Assembly: GCA_049582025.1 (NCBI GenBank)
Contig: JBAUTC010000223.1
Location: forward strand, 1 to 35,895
Direction of reading: 5' to 3'
Origin: Thiomonas sp.
GTDB lineage: Bacteria; Pseudomonadota; Gammaproteobacteria; Burkholderiales; Burkholderiaceae_C
DNA length: 35,895 nt
The position numbers and the translations under genes are program-made. Under the pieces are notes generated by a model. It worked only from the letters and a program-made list of their open reading frames with translations, had not been told where the DNA came from and ran no database searches. Positions 9,150 through 19,315 of the stretch are shown one piece after another (position 1 is the stretch's first letter; every line of letters begins with the position of its first letter).

Positions 9150-9925
9150 GCACGGCGGCTGCATTCTGGGTGCTCATTCCGGCGCGGCTGGCGTCCAGCC
9201 GTTTGCCCGACAAGCCGCTGGCCGATATTGGCGGCGCACCCATGGTGGTGCGCGTGGCGCAGCGTGTGCAGCGCAGCGGGGCGCAAGGCGTGGTCGTGGC
9301 GTGCGACAGCCCGGTCATTGCCCAGGCCTGCGCGGCACATGGCGTGCAGGCCGTGCTGACCCGCGACGACCACGCCAGCGGTACCGATCGGCTGGCGGAA
9401 GCCGCGGGTCTTCTGGGCTTGCCCGATGACGCGATCGTGGTCAATGTGCAAGGCGATGAGCCGCTGATCGATCCGGCGCTGCCCGCTGCCTGTGCCGCCT
9501 TGCTGCAGCAGCCGCAATTCGAGATGTCCACCTGCGTGCACCGCATCACCGATGCCGCGGACGTCTTCAACCCGAACGTGGTAAAGGTCGTGCTCGACGG
9601 GCAGGGCGGGGCTCTCTACTTCTCGCGCGCGCCCATTCCCTGGCAGCGCGAGGCCTACGTGCAAGGCGCCACGGGCTGGCAGATGGAGGGCTTGTCCGGG
9701 CAGCCGGTATACCGTCACATCGGGCTCTATGCCTACCGTCACGGCTTCTTGCGGCGTTACACGGCGCTGCCCGTCGCGCCGCTGGAGCAGGCCGAAGCGC
9801 TGGAGCAGCTTCGCGCACTGTGGCACGGGCACCGCATCGCCGTGCACCTGACCGATCACGCTCCGGGACCCGGTGTGGACACCCCCGCAGACCTGGAGCG
9901 GGTGCGGGCTCTCTGGCCTGGCTGA
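9146..9925 (+). CDS. kdsB: 3-deoxy-manno-octulosonate cytidylyltransferase
   Basis: [58 protein letters not shown]. Confidence 0.96.
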   Translation: MSTAAAFWVLIPARLASSRLPDKPLADIGGAPMVVRVAQRVQRSGAQGVVVACDSPVIAQACAAHGVQAVLTRDDHASGTDRLAEAAGLLGLPDDAIVVNVQGDEPLIDPALPAACAALLQQPQFEMSTCVHRITDAADVFNPNVVKVVLDGQGGALYFSRAPIPWQREAYVQGATGWQMEGLSGQPVYRHIGLYAYRHGFLRRYTALPVAPLEQAEALEQLRALWHGHRIAVHLTDHAPGPGVDTPADLERVRALWPG

Positions 9926-10010
9926 ACGCTGGCGACACCGTTGTGTCAGGGACGGGGCAGGGTCGTCTGCTATTCTGAATTGCTGATTTTTTCGATTGAG
10001 AGAGACATTC

Positions 10011-10667
10011 ATGCGATTGATTCTTTTGGGAGCGCCGGGTGCCGGCAAGGGCACGCAAGCCACCTTCATCACCGAGCGTTTCGGCATTCCCCAGATTTCT
10101 ACCGGAGACATGCTCCGCGCCGCCGTGAAAGCGGGCACACCACTGGGTCAACAAGCGCAAAAGATCATGGACTCCGGCGCACTGGTGCCTGACGAAGTCA
10201 TGCTCGGCGTGGTGCGTGAACGGCTGACCGCACCGGACTGCACCAAGGGCTTCCTGCTCGACGGCTTTCCCCGCACCATCGCCCAGGCCGAAGGGCTGGA
10301 ACAAGCCGGGATCGGCATTGACGTGGTGCTCGAATTCGACGTGCCCGATGCCGACATCATCCAGCGTCTGAGTGGTCGACGCGTGCATCCGGCCTCCGGC
10401 CGCACCTACCACCTGGCGTTCAATCCACCCAAGACGGCGGGCGTGGACGACGTCACGGGCGAGCCTCTGGTGCAGCGCGCCGACGATCAGGAAGACACCG
10501 TGCGCAAGCGCCTGGAGGTCTATCACGCCCAGACCTTGCCGCTGGTGAAGTTCTACGCCGAGCGCATGGCGCAAAAGCGGCCGGGTGCGCCGCGGCTGAT
10601 CACAATCTCAGGCGTCGGCGAGGTGACCGAGGTGCAGCAGCGGATTTTTGCCGCGCTGGAACGCTGA
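10011..10667 (+). CDS. adk: Adenylate kinase
   Basis: [14 protein letters not shown]-loop, [30 protein letters not shown]. Confidence 0.97.
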   Translation: MRLILLGAPGAGKGTQATFITERFGIPQISTGDMLRAAVKAGTPLGQQAQKIMDSGALVPDEVMLGVVRERLTAPDCTKGFLLDGFPRTIAQAEGLEQAGIGIDVVLEFDVPDADIIQRLSGRRVHPASGRTYHLAFNPPKTAGVDDVTGEPLVQRADDQEDTVRKRLEVYHAQTLPLVKFYAERMAQKRPGAPRLITISGVGEVTEVQQRIFAALER

Positions 10668-10688
10668 TTCACTGTTTGGAGAATACGG

Positions 10689-11447
10689 ATGCAACTGGCT
10701 GGAAATAGCGCAATCATCAGTGGTGGTGCATCGGGGCTGGGCGAAGCGACCGCGGCCTTGCTTGTTGCCCGCGGCATGCAAGTTGTCATCGCCGATCTGC
10801 AGGACACTGCTGGGCAGGCCGTGGCGGCAAGACTCGGCGTGCAGTTCGTGCATTGCGATGTCACCAGCGAATCGGACGTACAGGCAGCGGTGCATGCCGC
10901 ACAGGCGTTGGCTCCGTTGCGCGTGGCGGTGAGCTGTGCGGGCATTGCGCCAGCGGCGCGCACCCTGGGCAAGCACGGGCCGCATGCACTTGACCTGTTC
11001 CAGCGCGTGATCAACGTCAATCTTGTCGGCAGTTTCAATCTGACCCGTCTGGCGGCGGCCGTCATGGCGCAGCAGGCGCCGCTGGAAGACGGTGAACGCG
11101 GGGTGATCGTCAACACCGCGTCGGTGGCGGCGTTCGATGGCCAGATTGGCCAGGCTGCATATGCGGCGTCCAAGGCCGGCATTGCCGGCATGACCCTGCC
11201 GCTGGCGCGTGATCTGTCGCGCGACGGCATCCGGGTGATGACCATCGCTCCCGGCATTTTCGAAACCCCCATGCTCATGGGCATGCCGCCAGAAGTGCAA
11301 ACGGCGCTGGGTCAGATGGTGCCGTTTCCGCAGCGACTGGGCAAGGCGGATGAATATGCCGCGCTGGTCGAGGCCATCCTCACCAATCGCATGCTCAATG
11401 GCGAAGTCATCCGGCTTGATGGCGCCATTCGCATGCAGCCCAAGTAG
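10689..11447 (+). CDS. 3-hydroxyacyl-CoA dehydrogenase type II (HSD10-like SDR)
   Basis: [55 protein letters not shown]. Confidence 0.92.
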   Translation: MQLAGNSAIISGGASGLGEATAALLVARGMQVVIADLQDTAGQAVAARLGVQFVHCDVTSESDVQAAVHAAQALAPLRVAVSCAGIAPAARTLGKHGPHALDLFQRVINVNLVGSFNLTRLAAAVMAQQAPLEDGERGVIVNTASVAAFDGQIGQAAYAASKAGIAGMTLPLARDLSRDGIRVMTIAPGIFETPMLMGMPPEVQTALGQMVPFPQRLGKADEYAALVEAILTNRMLNGEVIRLDGAIRMQPK

Positions 11448-11499
11448 GTCATCCGATCAAGGTGTTTTGCTGCGGTCGCCAGCCGCCGTGTCCTGACCC

Positions 11500-13410
11500 A
11501 TGCAGCAACGCATTCCCCCCGGCTTCATTCAGGACCTGCTCGCCCGCGCCGATATCGTCGAAGTCGTCGGCCAGCATGTCGAACTGAAAAAAACCGGCAG
11601 CAACTACAAGGGCCTTTGCCCCTTTCACGGGGAAAAGACGCCCTCATTCACCGTCAGTGCGAGCAAGCAGTTCTATCACTGCTTTGGCTGTGGGGTGCAT
11701 GGCACGGCCATCGGGTTTCTGATGGACTATGCCGGCATGGGCTTCGTCGATGCGGTCAAGGATCTCTCCGCGCGCTATGGGTTGACCGTGCCCGAGCCCG
11801 ATCTAGATCCGCAGCAGCTGCGCCAGATACAGCAGCAGCGCAGTCTGCAAGCGACCTTGGTGGACGCGCTGCAAACCGCAGACAGCTTCTATCAGCATCG
11901 TCTGCGGCACAGCGAACGTGCGAAGAACTACCTCATGGCGCGCGGCCTGCGTGGGCAGGTGGCCAAACGCTTCGGTCTGGGTTATGCGCCCGACGATTGG
12001 CAGCCGCTGGCTGGCGCCTTCGCCAACTACAACGCCGATGCGCTGGTGCAGTCTGGACTGGTCGTGGCGCGCGACGCGCAAGGCGACACGCTCGACCCGC
12101 AGGCCGAATCCTTCGTCAGCGCGCAGCGCCGCTACGACCGACTGCGCGACCGCATCACCTTCCCCATACGCAGCTTGCGCGGCGAGGTCATCGGCTTTGG
12201 AGGGCGCGTCATCGATCAGGGCGAGCCCAAATACCTCAACTCGCCGGAAACCGCGGCTTTTCACAAGGGGGAGGAGCTTTACGGCCTGTTCGAGGCGCGC
12301 ACCGCCATCTCCCGGGCGGGATATGCCTTGGTTGTCGAGGGGTATATGGACGTGGTTGCCTTGGCGCAGTTCGGCGTCGAGCATGCCGTGGCGACGCTGG
12401 GTACGGCGTGCACCGTGCAGCAATTGCAAAAGCTCTTTCGGCATACGGGACAGGTGGTGTTCAGCTTTGACGGCGACGCCGCGGGCCGCCGCGCCGCACG
12501 CCGCGCCATGGAAAACGCCTTGCCGCTGCTCAGCGACACGAGGGTAGTCAAGTTTCTGTTCCTGCCATCCGAGCACGACCCGGATTCCTACGTCCGCGAA
12601 AAAGGTGCCGAAGCCTTCGAACGCGAAATCGCCCGGGCGCAGCCCTTGTCCGAATTTCTGTTTTCCAGCCTGTTCGACGGCGTGGCGATGGCCACCGCCG
12701 AAGGTCGGGCCCAGGCCATTCACGACGCCGGACCGCTGTTTGCGCAGATTGCCGCTCCGGCGCTGCTCGGCCAGTTGCTGACAGACTTTGCGCGCCAGCT
12801 TGGCATGCCGAGTGTCGAGCTGCGCGAGGTACTGCGCCTGTCTGCGCCGCCGCGCAAACCGGCGCCAGTTGCGGAGTCGTTTGGCGCTCAGGCTCCCAGA
12901 TCCGGCGGACGCCCGCGCGGCGGGCGCGACGCCCTGCGTGCCTTTGCTGCTGCGCCGAAGGACCCTTTGCGCCAGTTCCTTCCTCTGCTGCTCTCGCAGC
13001 CCGCGCTGTGGTGGGACATCAGTCCGGCCCAGCATGCCTTGCTCTCACAGGAACCGGGACCCCTGCAGGCGCTCGTCCTCGCACTCGAATCCATTCTGGA
13101 AGATCAGCCAGATCTGTCCGCAGCCGCGTTGTGGGAAGAACTGCGCGCTGCGGGACATGCGCCCGAAGAAGTGCTTGTCCACTCTCCCGATCCTATGGAA
13201 CTGGATGAAGCCACGGCCAAACAGGATTTGTTCGCCATTTTGGTTCGCTTGGAACGCACCGCCCTCCTGCGACGGCAGGACGCACTGGTCGCAGGTGGTT
13301 TGGTGGCGGATGCCGACCGCGCCGAATATCGCAGCCTGGCGCTGCGGCTCAGAGAGATCGACCAGGCGCAGCGCCAGGTTGACGGCGGGTCGTCAGTTGG
13401 CGGACAATGA
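11500..13410 (+). CDS. dnaG: DNA primase
   Basis: CPFHGEKTPSF...CFGC zinc finger; KYLNSPET; EGYMDV; FDGDAAG (TOPRIM); DPD. Confidence 0.97.
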   Translation: MQQRIPPGFIQDLLARADIVEVVGQHVELKKTGSNYKGLCPFHGEKTPSFTVSASKQFYHCFGCGVHGTAIGFLMDYAGMGFVDAVKDLSARYGLTVPEPDLDPQQLRQIQQQRSLQATLVDALQTADSFYQHRLRHSERAKNYLMARGLRGQVAKRFGLGYAPDDWQPLAGAFANYNADALVQSGLVVARDAQGDTLDPQAESFVSAQRRYDRLRDRITFPIRSLRGEVIGFGGRVIDQGEPKYLNSPETAAFHKGEELYGLFEARTAISRAGYALVVEGYMDVVALAQFGVEHAVATLGTACTVQQLQKLFRHTGQVVFSFDGDAAGRRAARRAMENALPLLSDTRVVKFLFLPSEHDPDSYVREKGAEAFEREIARAQPLSEFLFSSLFDGVAMATAEGRAQAIHDAGPLFAQIAAPALLGQLLTDFARQLGMPSVELREVLRLSAPPRKPAPVAESFGAQAPRSGGRPRGGRDALRAFAAAPKDPLRQFLPLLLSQPALWWDISPAQHALLSQEPGPLQALVLALESILEDQPDLSAAALWEELRAAGHAPEEVLVHSPDPMELDEATAKQDLFAILVRLERTALLRRQDALVAGGLVADADRAEYRSLALRLREIDQAQRQVDGGSSVGGQ

Positions 13411-13567
13411 CCGGTTTTCTGTAAAATCCGGTTTTTGGCGAAAAACACCGGTCCGCCAGCGCCAGGCCAGGGTCAAACTGGCGTTGTTGCGATGGTTAAT
13501 CGGTGCGCAAAAACAGAGTCCGCGCCGGTCTTGCGAGTTGAACGATGTCGGGAATCTGAGCCGCGCA

Positions 13568-13596
13568 CTTTGAAATTTGGCGATTCGCCCCACATA
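13568..13596 (+). promoter_or_regulatory. Candidate sigma32 (RpoH) promoter for rpoD
   Basis: cTTTGAAA followed ~13-15 nt later by CCCCACATA; close to the CTTGAA-N13-17-CCCCATNT consensus. Confidence 0.5.
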
Positions 13597-13652
13597 CTGC
13601 ATCCAATCCCCTTCTTTTCTCCTTCCGAACCATCGGTCGGTTGAGGTCCACC

Positions 13653-15911
13653 ATGACAAAAGCCCCATCCAAAACGCAGACTCCCACCACGCAGGGGGCA
13701 TCCCGCAAAGAGGCCGCTGTTGCCAAGGTGGGGCCGGTTGCGGACAAGCCGCGCAGCAAGGCCCGTAGTGCTCCGGATGCGGAAGTAGCCTTGGTGGAAA
13801 CCAAAACTGCCAGGCGTGGCCGCCCGCCCAAGGCAGGCACGGCCACGGTCGAGGTAGAGCAAGCCGCGGCCCGCCGCGGACGCAAAATCAAGGTGGCTGC
13901 GGATGATCTGGAGGATGTTTCCGTCGGCGAAGGTGATCCTGAAGAAGGTGCTACCGTCGAAGTGGTCGAGGAAGTCGCCGTCGCGCCTGCGCCCAAAACC
14001 CGCAAGGCTTCGCGCGCCAGGGAAAAGCAGTTGCTCAAGGAGTTCGGCTATGACGACTCCAACATCACCGACGAAGAGTTGGGCCGTCGCCGTGCGCGGC
14101 TGAAGAGCCTGATCAAGATGGGAAAGACCCGCGGGTTCCTCACCTACGGCGAAATCAACGACCACATCCCGGACAATCTCGCTGACCCCGAGTTGATGGA
14201 AACCATCGTGTCCATGCTCAACGACGTGGGCATCGCGGTGTATGAAACCACGCCGGATGCGCAAACCCTGCTGCTCAACCAGCACGGCCCCACCGCGTCG
14301 AGCGAGGAAGAAGCAGAAGAGGAGGCGGAAGCCGCGCTGTCCAACGTCGACTCCGAATTTGGTCGTACGACCGACCCGGTGCGCATGTATATGCGCGAAA
14401 TGGGCACGGTCGAGTTGCTGACGCGTGAGGGCGAAATTGTCATCGCCAAGCGGATCGAGGACGGCCTGCGCCAAATGATGCTGGCCATCTCGGCGTCGCC
14501 ATCCACCGTGGCCGAAATTCTGGCCATGGCTGCGCGGATCCACCACGGCGAGTTGCCGGTCGATGAAGTGGTCGACGGCATGGTGTCGGACGACGAATCC
14601 GACGACTATGTGGCAGAAGAGGATGTCGACTATTCGCTGGATGAAAGCGGCGAGGAAGATGAAGACGGCGGTGCCGGCGCCACTTCGATGAAGCTCGAAG
14701 AGCTCAAGGGCAAGGCGCTGGAATCCTTTGCCGATGTGCATGACGCCTTCATGAAAATGCGCCGCGCCTACGACAAGGACGGATATCGTTCGGCGAGTTA
14801 TCTCAAGGCGCAGGAAGCGATTTCTTCCGCGCTGATGGAAGTGCGCTTTACCGCGCGGACTGTGGAGAAGCTGTGCAATCTGCTGCGCGCCCAGGTGGAT
14901 GAAGTGCGTCGTTACGAGCGCGAAATTCGCCGCTATGCGGTGGACCGCTGTGGCATGCCACAGGAAGAATTCATCAAATCCTTCCCTGGTCATCAACTCG
15001 ACCTGAAGTGGGTGGACAAGCATGTGGCGGCGAACAAGTCGTATTCCGTCATCCTCGGCCGCAATGTGCCGGCGATCAAGGAATTGCAGCAGAAGCTGAT
15101 CGACATTCAGACCCGCGTGGTGGTGCCGCTCGGCGACCTCAAGGAAATCAATACCCAGATGAGCCTGGGCGAACAGGCTGCGCGCGAAGCCAAGCGCGAG
15201 ATGATCGAGGCCAACCTGCGCCTGGTGATTTCCATCGCGAAGAAGTACACCAACCGCGGACTGCAGTTCCTCGATTTGATCCAGGAAGGCAACGTCGGCC
15301 TGATGAAGGCGGTGGACAAGTTCGAATATCGACGCGGCTACAAGTTTTCCACGTATGCAACCTGGTGGATTCGCCAAGCCATCACCCGCTCGATCGCCGA
15401 TCAGGCGCGCACCATCCGCATCCCTGTGCACATGATTGAGACCATCAACAAGGTCAACCGAATCTCGCGTCAGCATCTGCAGGAAACCGGCACCGAGCCG
15501 GATGCCGCCGTGCTGGCCGAGAAGATGGAAATGCCGGAGGACAAGGTGCGCAAGATCCTCAAGATCGCGCGTGAGCCCATCTCCATGGAAACGCCCATCG
15601 GCGACGATGACGACTCGCATCTGGGTGACTTCATCGAAGACTCTGGCACCCTGGCGCCTACGGAAGCGGCAATGCAGGCGGGATTGCGCGACGTGGTCAA
15701 GGAAATTCTCGACTCCCTCACCCCGCGCGAAGCCAAGGTATTGCGCATGCGCTTCGGCATCGAAATGGCCAACGATCACACGCTGGAAGAAGTTGGCAAG
15801 CAGTTCGACGTCACCCGCGAGCGTATTCGCCAGATCGAAGCCAAGGCGCTGCGCAAGCTCAAACATCCCACCCGCTCTGACAAACTGCGTAGTTTCCTCG
15901 ATACGCTCTGA
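13653..15911 (+). CDS. rpoD: RNA polymerase primary sigma factor sigma70
   Basis: [70 protein letters not shown]. Confidence 0.98.
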   Translation: MTKAPSKTQTPTTQGASRKEAAVAKVGPVADKPRSKARSAPDAEVALVETKTARRGRPPKAGTATVEVEQAAARRGRKIKVAADDLEDVSVGEGDPEEGATVEVVEEVAVAPAPKTRKASRAREKQLLKEFGYDDSNITDEELGRRRARLKSLIKMGKTRGFLTYGEINDHIPDNLADPELMETIVSMLNDVGIAVYETTPDAQTLLLNQHGPTASSEEEAEEEAEAALSNVDSEFGRTTDPVRMYMREMGTVELLTREGEIVIAKRIEDGLRQMMLAISASPSTVAEILAMAARIHHGELPVDEVVDGMVSDDESDDYVAEEDVDYSLDESGEEDEDGGAGATSMKLEELKGKALESFADVHDAFMKMRRAYDKDGYRSASYLKAQEAISSALMEVRFTARTVEKLCNLLRAQVDEVRRYEREIRRYAVDRCGMPQEEFIKSFPGHQLDLKWVDKHVAANKSYSVILGRNVPAIKELQQKLIDIQTRVVVPLGDLKEINTQMSLGEQAAREAKREMIEANLRLVISIAKKYTNRGLQFLDLIQEGNVGLMKAVDKFEYRRGYKFSTYATWWIRQAITRSIADQARTIRIPVHMIETINKVNRISRQHLQETGTEPDAAVLAEKMEMPEDKVRKILKIAREPISMETPIGDDDDSHLGDFIEDSGTLAPTEAAMQAGLRDVVKEILDSLTPREAKVLRMRFGIEMANDHTLEEVGKQFDVTRERIRQIEAKALRKLKHPTRSDKLRSFLDTL

Positions 15912-15968
15912 GTGCGCTTGCCTTGCTGGTCTTGGACGGTCAGCAAGCGTACACGCTAGACTCCAAGA

Positions 15969-16889
15969 ATGACTAACGCGCGTAAAACTGCCGTCCGCAC
16001 CATCGTGTTTGCCGATGTGGCCGGTAGCACCGCACTTTTTCAGTCACTCGGCAATACCGAGGCCACGGCGCTGGTCACCCAGGTGGTCACAAGTATGGCC
16101 CGGAGTTTCAAGAATGCGGGCGGCGATGTGGTCAAGACGCTGGGGGATGGGATCCTCGCCACCTTCGAACACAACACCCCGGCGCTCAAAGCCTGCATCG
16201 ACATTCAGCGCACTTGCTCCGCAGCAGGTGCCGTTGACGCTACTGGAGCCAGGCAAAAGCTTCCGCTCAAGATCGGAATTGCCCGCGGATTCGTCGTATT
16301 GGCGCCAGGCGACTGTTTTGGCGACCCTGTCAACGCGGCATCCCGGCTGTCCGATTCGGCTGGAGCCGGGCAGATTCTGATCGGCGATGCAGTGATGGAG
16401 GCGCTACCTCCGGAGTTGCTGACGCGCTTGCGCAGCCTTGGCGCCATTTTTCTGCGTGGATATGACGTTCCGGTGCCGGTGCACCAGGTCGACTGGGAAG
16501 CTTCTGTCGACATGGGTCAGACCGTGCCGCAAGTCCCTTCGCGCGTCGACTACAGCAGCCAGTTGCTCAACCTGTCCTGGCTTGATTCCACCGTGGACTA
16601 TGCCGCTGACCAGATGCCCATTGTCATCGGGCGCACGAACGGTGCGGATTTTCTGGTGAACGATCTGCGGGTGTCGCGGCAACATGCGCGCATCGACTGG
16701 CGTGGCAGCTATTTCATGCTGACCGATCTGAGCAGCAACGGCACCTGGGTGCGCTATACGGGCAACGACACCACCTTGGCCTTACGTCGCAATGAGTGTG
16801 TGCTGCATGGGCAGGGAGAAATCGCCCTCGGTGCCAAACCTTCCGATCCGACTGCCCCCACGGTGATGTTCCAGATCCAGCCCCATTAG
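15969..16889 (+). CDS. Class III adenylate/guanylate cyclase with C-terminal FHA domain
   Basis: FADVAGST, KTLGDG, GDCFGDPVNAASRL (cyclase); IVIGR, VSRQHARI, DLSSNGTWV (FHA). Confidence 0.9.
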   Translation: MTNARKTAVRTIVFADVAGSTALFQSLGNTEATALVTQVVTSMARSFKNAGGDVVKTLGDGILATFEHNTPALKACIDIQRTCSAAGAVDATGARQKLPLKIGIARGFVVLAPGDCFGDPVNAASRLSDSAGAGQILIGDAVMEALPPELLTRLRSLGAIFLRGYDVPVPVHQVDWEASVDMGQTVPQVPSRVDYSSQLLNLSWLDSTVDYAADQMPIVIGRTNGADFLVNDLRVSRQHARIDWRGSYFMLTDLSSNGTWVRYTGNDTTLALRRNECVLHGQGEIALGAKPSDPTAPTVMFQIQPH

Positions 16890-16900
16890 CCGCTGCTTTT

Positions 16901-17998
16901 ATGCCCCTGTCCGATCCCACCGGCTATCAGCACGGTACAGCGTCGCAAACAGCGATCCTTCTTGTCAACCTCGGCACGCCAGATTCGCCAACAGCCCCGG
17001 CGTTGCGTCGCTACCTCGGGGAATTCTTGAGCGACCCGCGGGTGGTCGAGATTCCCAAGCCCATCTGGTGGCTGATTCTTAACGGCATCATTCTGCCCAT
17101 CCGCTCATCCAAATCGGCGGCGAAGTACGCCTCGGTGTGGACCGAGCGCGGCTCGCCCTTGCAGACTGGTACGGCGGATCTCACGCACGCCGTCAGTACG
17201 GAAATGGCGCAACGTGGCCATCATCTTCAGGTGCGCTACGCTATGCGTTATGGCAACCCGTCGGTCGCCAGCGTGCTGGATGATCTGGCTCGACACAACG
17301 TCACTCGCATCCTGCTGGTGCCGCTTTACCCGCAATACTGCGCTGCCACTACCGCCTCCACGCTGGATGCGGTGACCGCCTGGACGCGCCGCCGCCGCCG
17401 TGTTCCAGAACTGCGCGTGCTCAACCATTTTCACGATGTCCCGGTCTATATCGACGCCTTGGCGCAGAAGATTGAAACCTACTGGCAGCAGTATGGCCGT
17501 CCGGAAAGACTGGTCATGAGCTTTCATGGCATGCCCGCACGCACGCTCAAACTGGGCGATCCGTATCACTGTGAATGCCACAAGACTGGCCGCCTGCTCG
17601 CCGAGCGCCTGCAGCTTCCTGCCTCCAGCTATCAAGTCACGTTCCAGTCCCGTTTCGGCAAGCAGGAATGGTTGCAGCCTTATACCGAGCCGACCTTGCG
17701 CAAGCTGGCGCAGGACGGGGTGGCGCGGGTGGATGTCATCTGTCCTGGCTTCAGCGTCGACTGTCTGGAAACGCTGGAAGAAATTGCCATGGAAGGCAAG
17801 AAGGCCTTTTTGTCGAGCGGCGGCCAGGCGTTCAATTACATCGACTGCCTGAATGCCGATCCTCATTGGGCGAAGGCGCTCAGCAGCCTGCTCGAAACGC
17901 AGCTGCAGGGTTGGGATACCAAAGCTCAGGCGGATGCGGCTGAACTTGCGCACGCGCGCAGCCTGGCGCTGGCAGCGGGAGCTTCCAATCTGGCCTGA
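16901..17998 (+). CDS. hemH: Ferrochelatase
   Basis: LLVNLGTP, FLSDPRVVE, MRYGNPS, PLYPQY, SFHG, FQSRFG..WLQPYT, DCLETLEE. Confidence 0.96.
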   Translation: MPLSDPTGYQHGTASQTAILLVNLGTPDSPTAPALRRYLGEFLSDPRVVEIPKPIWWLILNGIILPIRSSKSAAKYASVWTERGSPLQTGTADLTHAVSTEMAQRGHHLQVRYAMRYGNPSVASVLDDLARHNVTRILLVPLYPQYCAATTASTLDAVTAWTRRRRRVPELRVLNHFHDVPVYIDALAQKIETYWQQYGRPERLVMSFHGMPARTLKLGDPYHCECHKTGRLLAERLQLPASSYQVTFQSRFGKQEWLQPYTEPTLRKLAQDGVARVDVICPGFSVDCLETLEEIAMEGKKAFLSSGGQAFNYIDCLNADPHWAKALSSLLETQLQGWDTKAQADAAELAHARSLALAAGASNLA

Positions 17999-17999
17999 T

Positions 18000-18122
18000 T
18001 CACTTGGAAGGGTCTGACGGCTTGGAGTGGGCTTCGCGCCAGAACTGTACGATCAGTCCGACACCCAGGCCGATCACGCCAACGCCCAACAGGTAGAGCA
18101 CCAGTTCTGCCACGGACATCAT
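18000..18122 (-). CDS. Small single-TM membrane protein (39-40 aa)
   Basis: AAGGAGAG SD directly before ATG ATG; MMSVAELVLYLLGVGVIGLGVGLIVQFWREAHSKPSDPSK has one hydrophobic helix and a polar tail. Confidence 0.6.
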   Translation of the reverse strand: MMSVAELVLYLLGVGVIGLGVGLIVQFWREAHSKPSDPSK

Positions 18123-18240
18123 CTCTCTCCTTCGTGGGGTGTGTCTCCAAGGCACGCCCTCGTCTGGATTGAGTCCCTTGTTCGTGCGGACAGTTCCCTT
18201 GTCTTGCACGCGGCCCCGACGCTTCTGTATCCAGAGTTTT

Positions 18241-19296
18241 CTAACAGTCCTCATCCGCGCTGGTGACATACCACTGCGCCTGCCGGATGGCGTCGGCGTG
18301 AGCACCTGCGACAGTGCACATCACGTTGCGCTCGCTCCGCGCCACCATGCCGAGACGATGCAGCGCGTGCTGCATGCTGATGGGGCCGAGAAATTCGAAT
18401 GACACGCTGCTGCGGCCATCTGCATGCGCGTCGCGGAACAGGGTGTCTAGCAGCAGGTCCAGGCTGGTCGGATGGGCGGGATGGCACAGCAGATCGCGGA
18501 CGTGCAGCACCTTGCCGATGATTTCGCAGGCTGCATAGGCAATCAGTCCGTTGTCCCTGGCGTTCAAGGTCAGAAAGCGGAATTTCCTCCAGGGCTTTTG
18601 CTCGAAGCGCCACGCCAGATAGCGGCGGTCCCGCACGCCGATCAATCGTGCCGGATCGCTTTGCGCCGCCCAGAGGGCATCAAAACGGGCATCGGGCTGG
18701 TCCATCCACTGGGCGAACACGCCCTGAAAATCGTGGGCATAGCGTGTGCGGCGCAAGGTGAGTCGCCACCAGTCTGCAGTTCGCCCCACGGCGTGACGCA
18801 CAACGTGCGGAAGCAACGCAGGAAGGTAACTGGCGCTGCGTAGCACGCGGACATAACGCACCATGGGCCCCGCGACGGTGTAACCCAGACGCTTGACCAC
18901 AGGCTCGGATTTTTGATTTGGAAAGCCGTAGATCAACCCGAGTTGCGGCAAGAACTGATCGCGCAAGGTGGTTTGCAACAGCATGGCCGGGTACAGGGTG
19001 CGATGCTCCGCCACGACGCCAAAGTCGGCCAGAAGACCTGCGTTGAGGGGTTGCCCGGCCAGTTGCATCTGCCGGATACCCAGGCCGATGACACCGATGG
19101 GAACCCCGTTTTCTGCAGGACAACGAGCCAGCAGCACATGTGGAGCCCCGGCGGGATTGCGCAGGTAAAACCAGTCGTACTTGTCCTGCCGACGTTCAGG
19201 ATGTCCGAGATTGCTGACCCAGAGCGACACGATGCCATTGCGATCGGTGCTCAGATCGGCAGGCAGGACTGCGTAACTGGACGAGGCAGCGGCCAT
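18241..19296 (-). CDS. Tandem GNAT-fold acyltransferase (Eis/FemAB-like), 351 aa
   Basis: W.Y.RNPAG, LADFGVVAEHR, IYGFPN, LGY, VRDRRYLAWRF motifs typical of two-domain GNATs. Confidence 0.75.
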   Translation of the reverse strand: MAAASSSYAVLPADLSTDRNGIVSLWVSNLGHPERRQDKYDWFYLRNPAGAPHVLLARCPAENGVPIGVIGLGIRQMQLAGQPLNAGLLADFGVVAEHRTLYPAMLLQTTLRDQFLPQLGLIYGFPNQKSEPVVKRLGYTVAGPMVRYVRVLRSASYLPALLPHVVRHAVGRTADWWRLTLRRTRYAHDFQGVFAQWMDQPDARFDALWAAQSDPARLIGVRDRRYLAWRFEQKPWRKFRFLTLNARDNGLIAYAACEIIGKVLHVRDLLCHPAHPTSLDLLLDTLFRDAHADGRSSVSFEFLGPISMQHALHRLGMVARSERNVMCTVAGAHADAIRQAQWYVTSADEDC

Positions 19297-19315
19297 GACG
19301 TGGTGGGAGCGGCGT

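Noticed and set aside
13653..14040. Long Lys/Ala/Glu-rich N-terminal extension of RpoD
   Set aside because: Common in Burkholderiales RpoD; not novel
13473..15866. 797-aa minus-strand ORF, and similar long antisense ORFs over dnaG, the ligase, clpX, lon, xseA and the HpnD-like gene
   Set aside because: Shadow frames of well-supported genes, as expected from high-GC codon bias; no motifs or RBS
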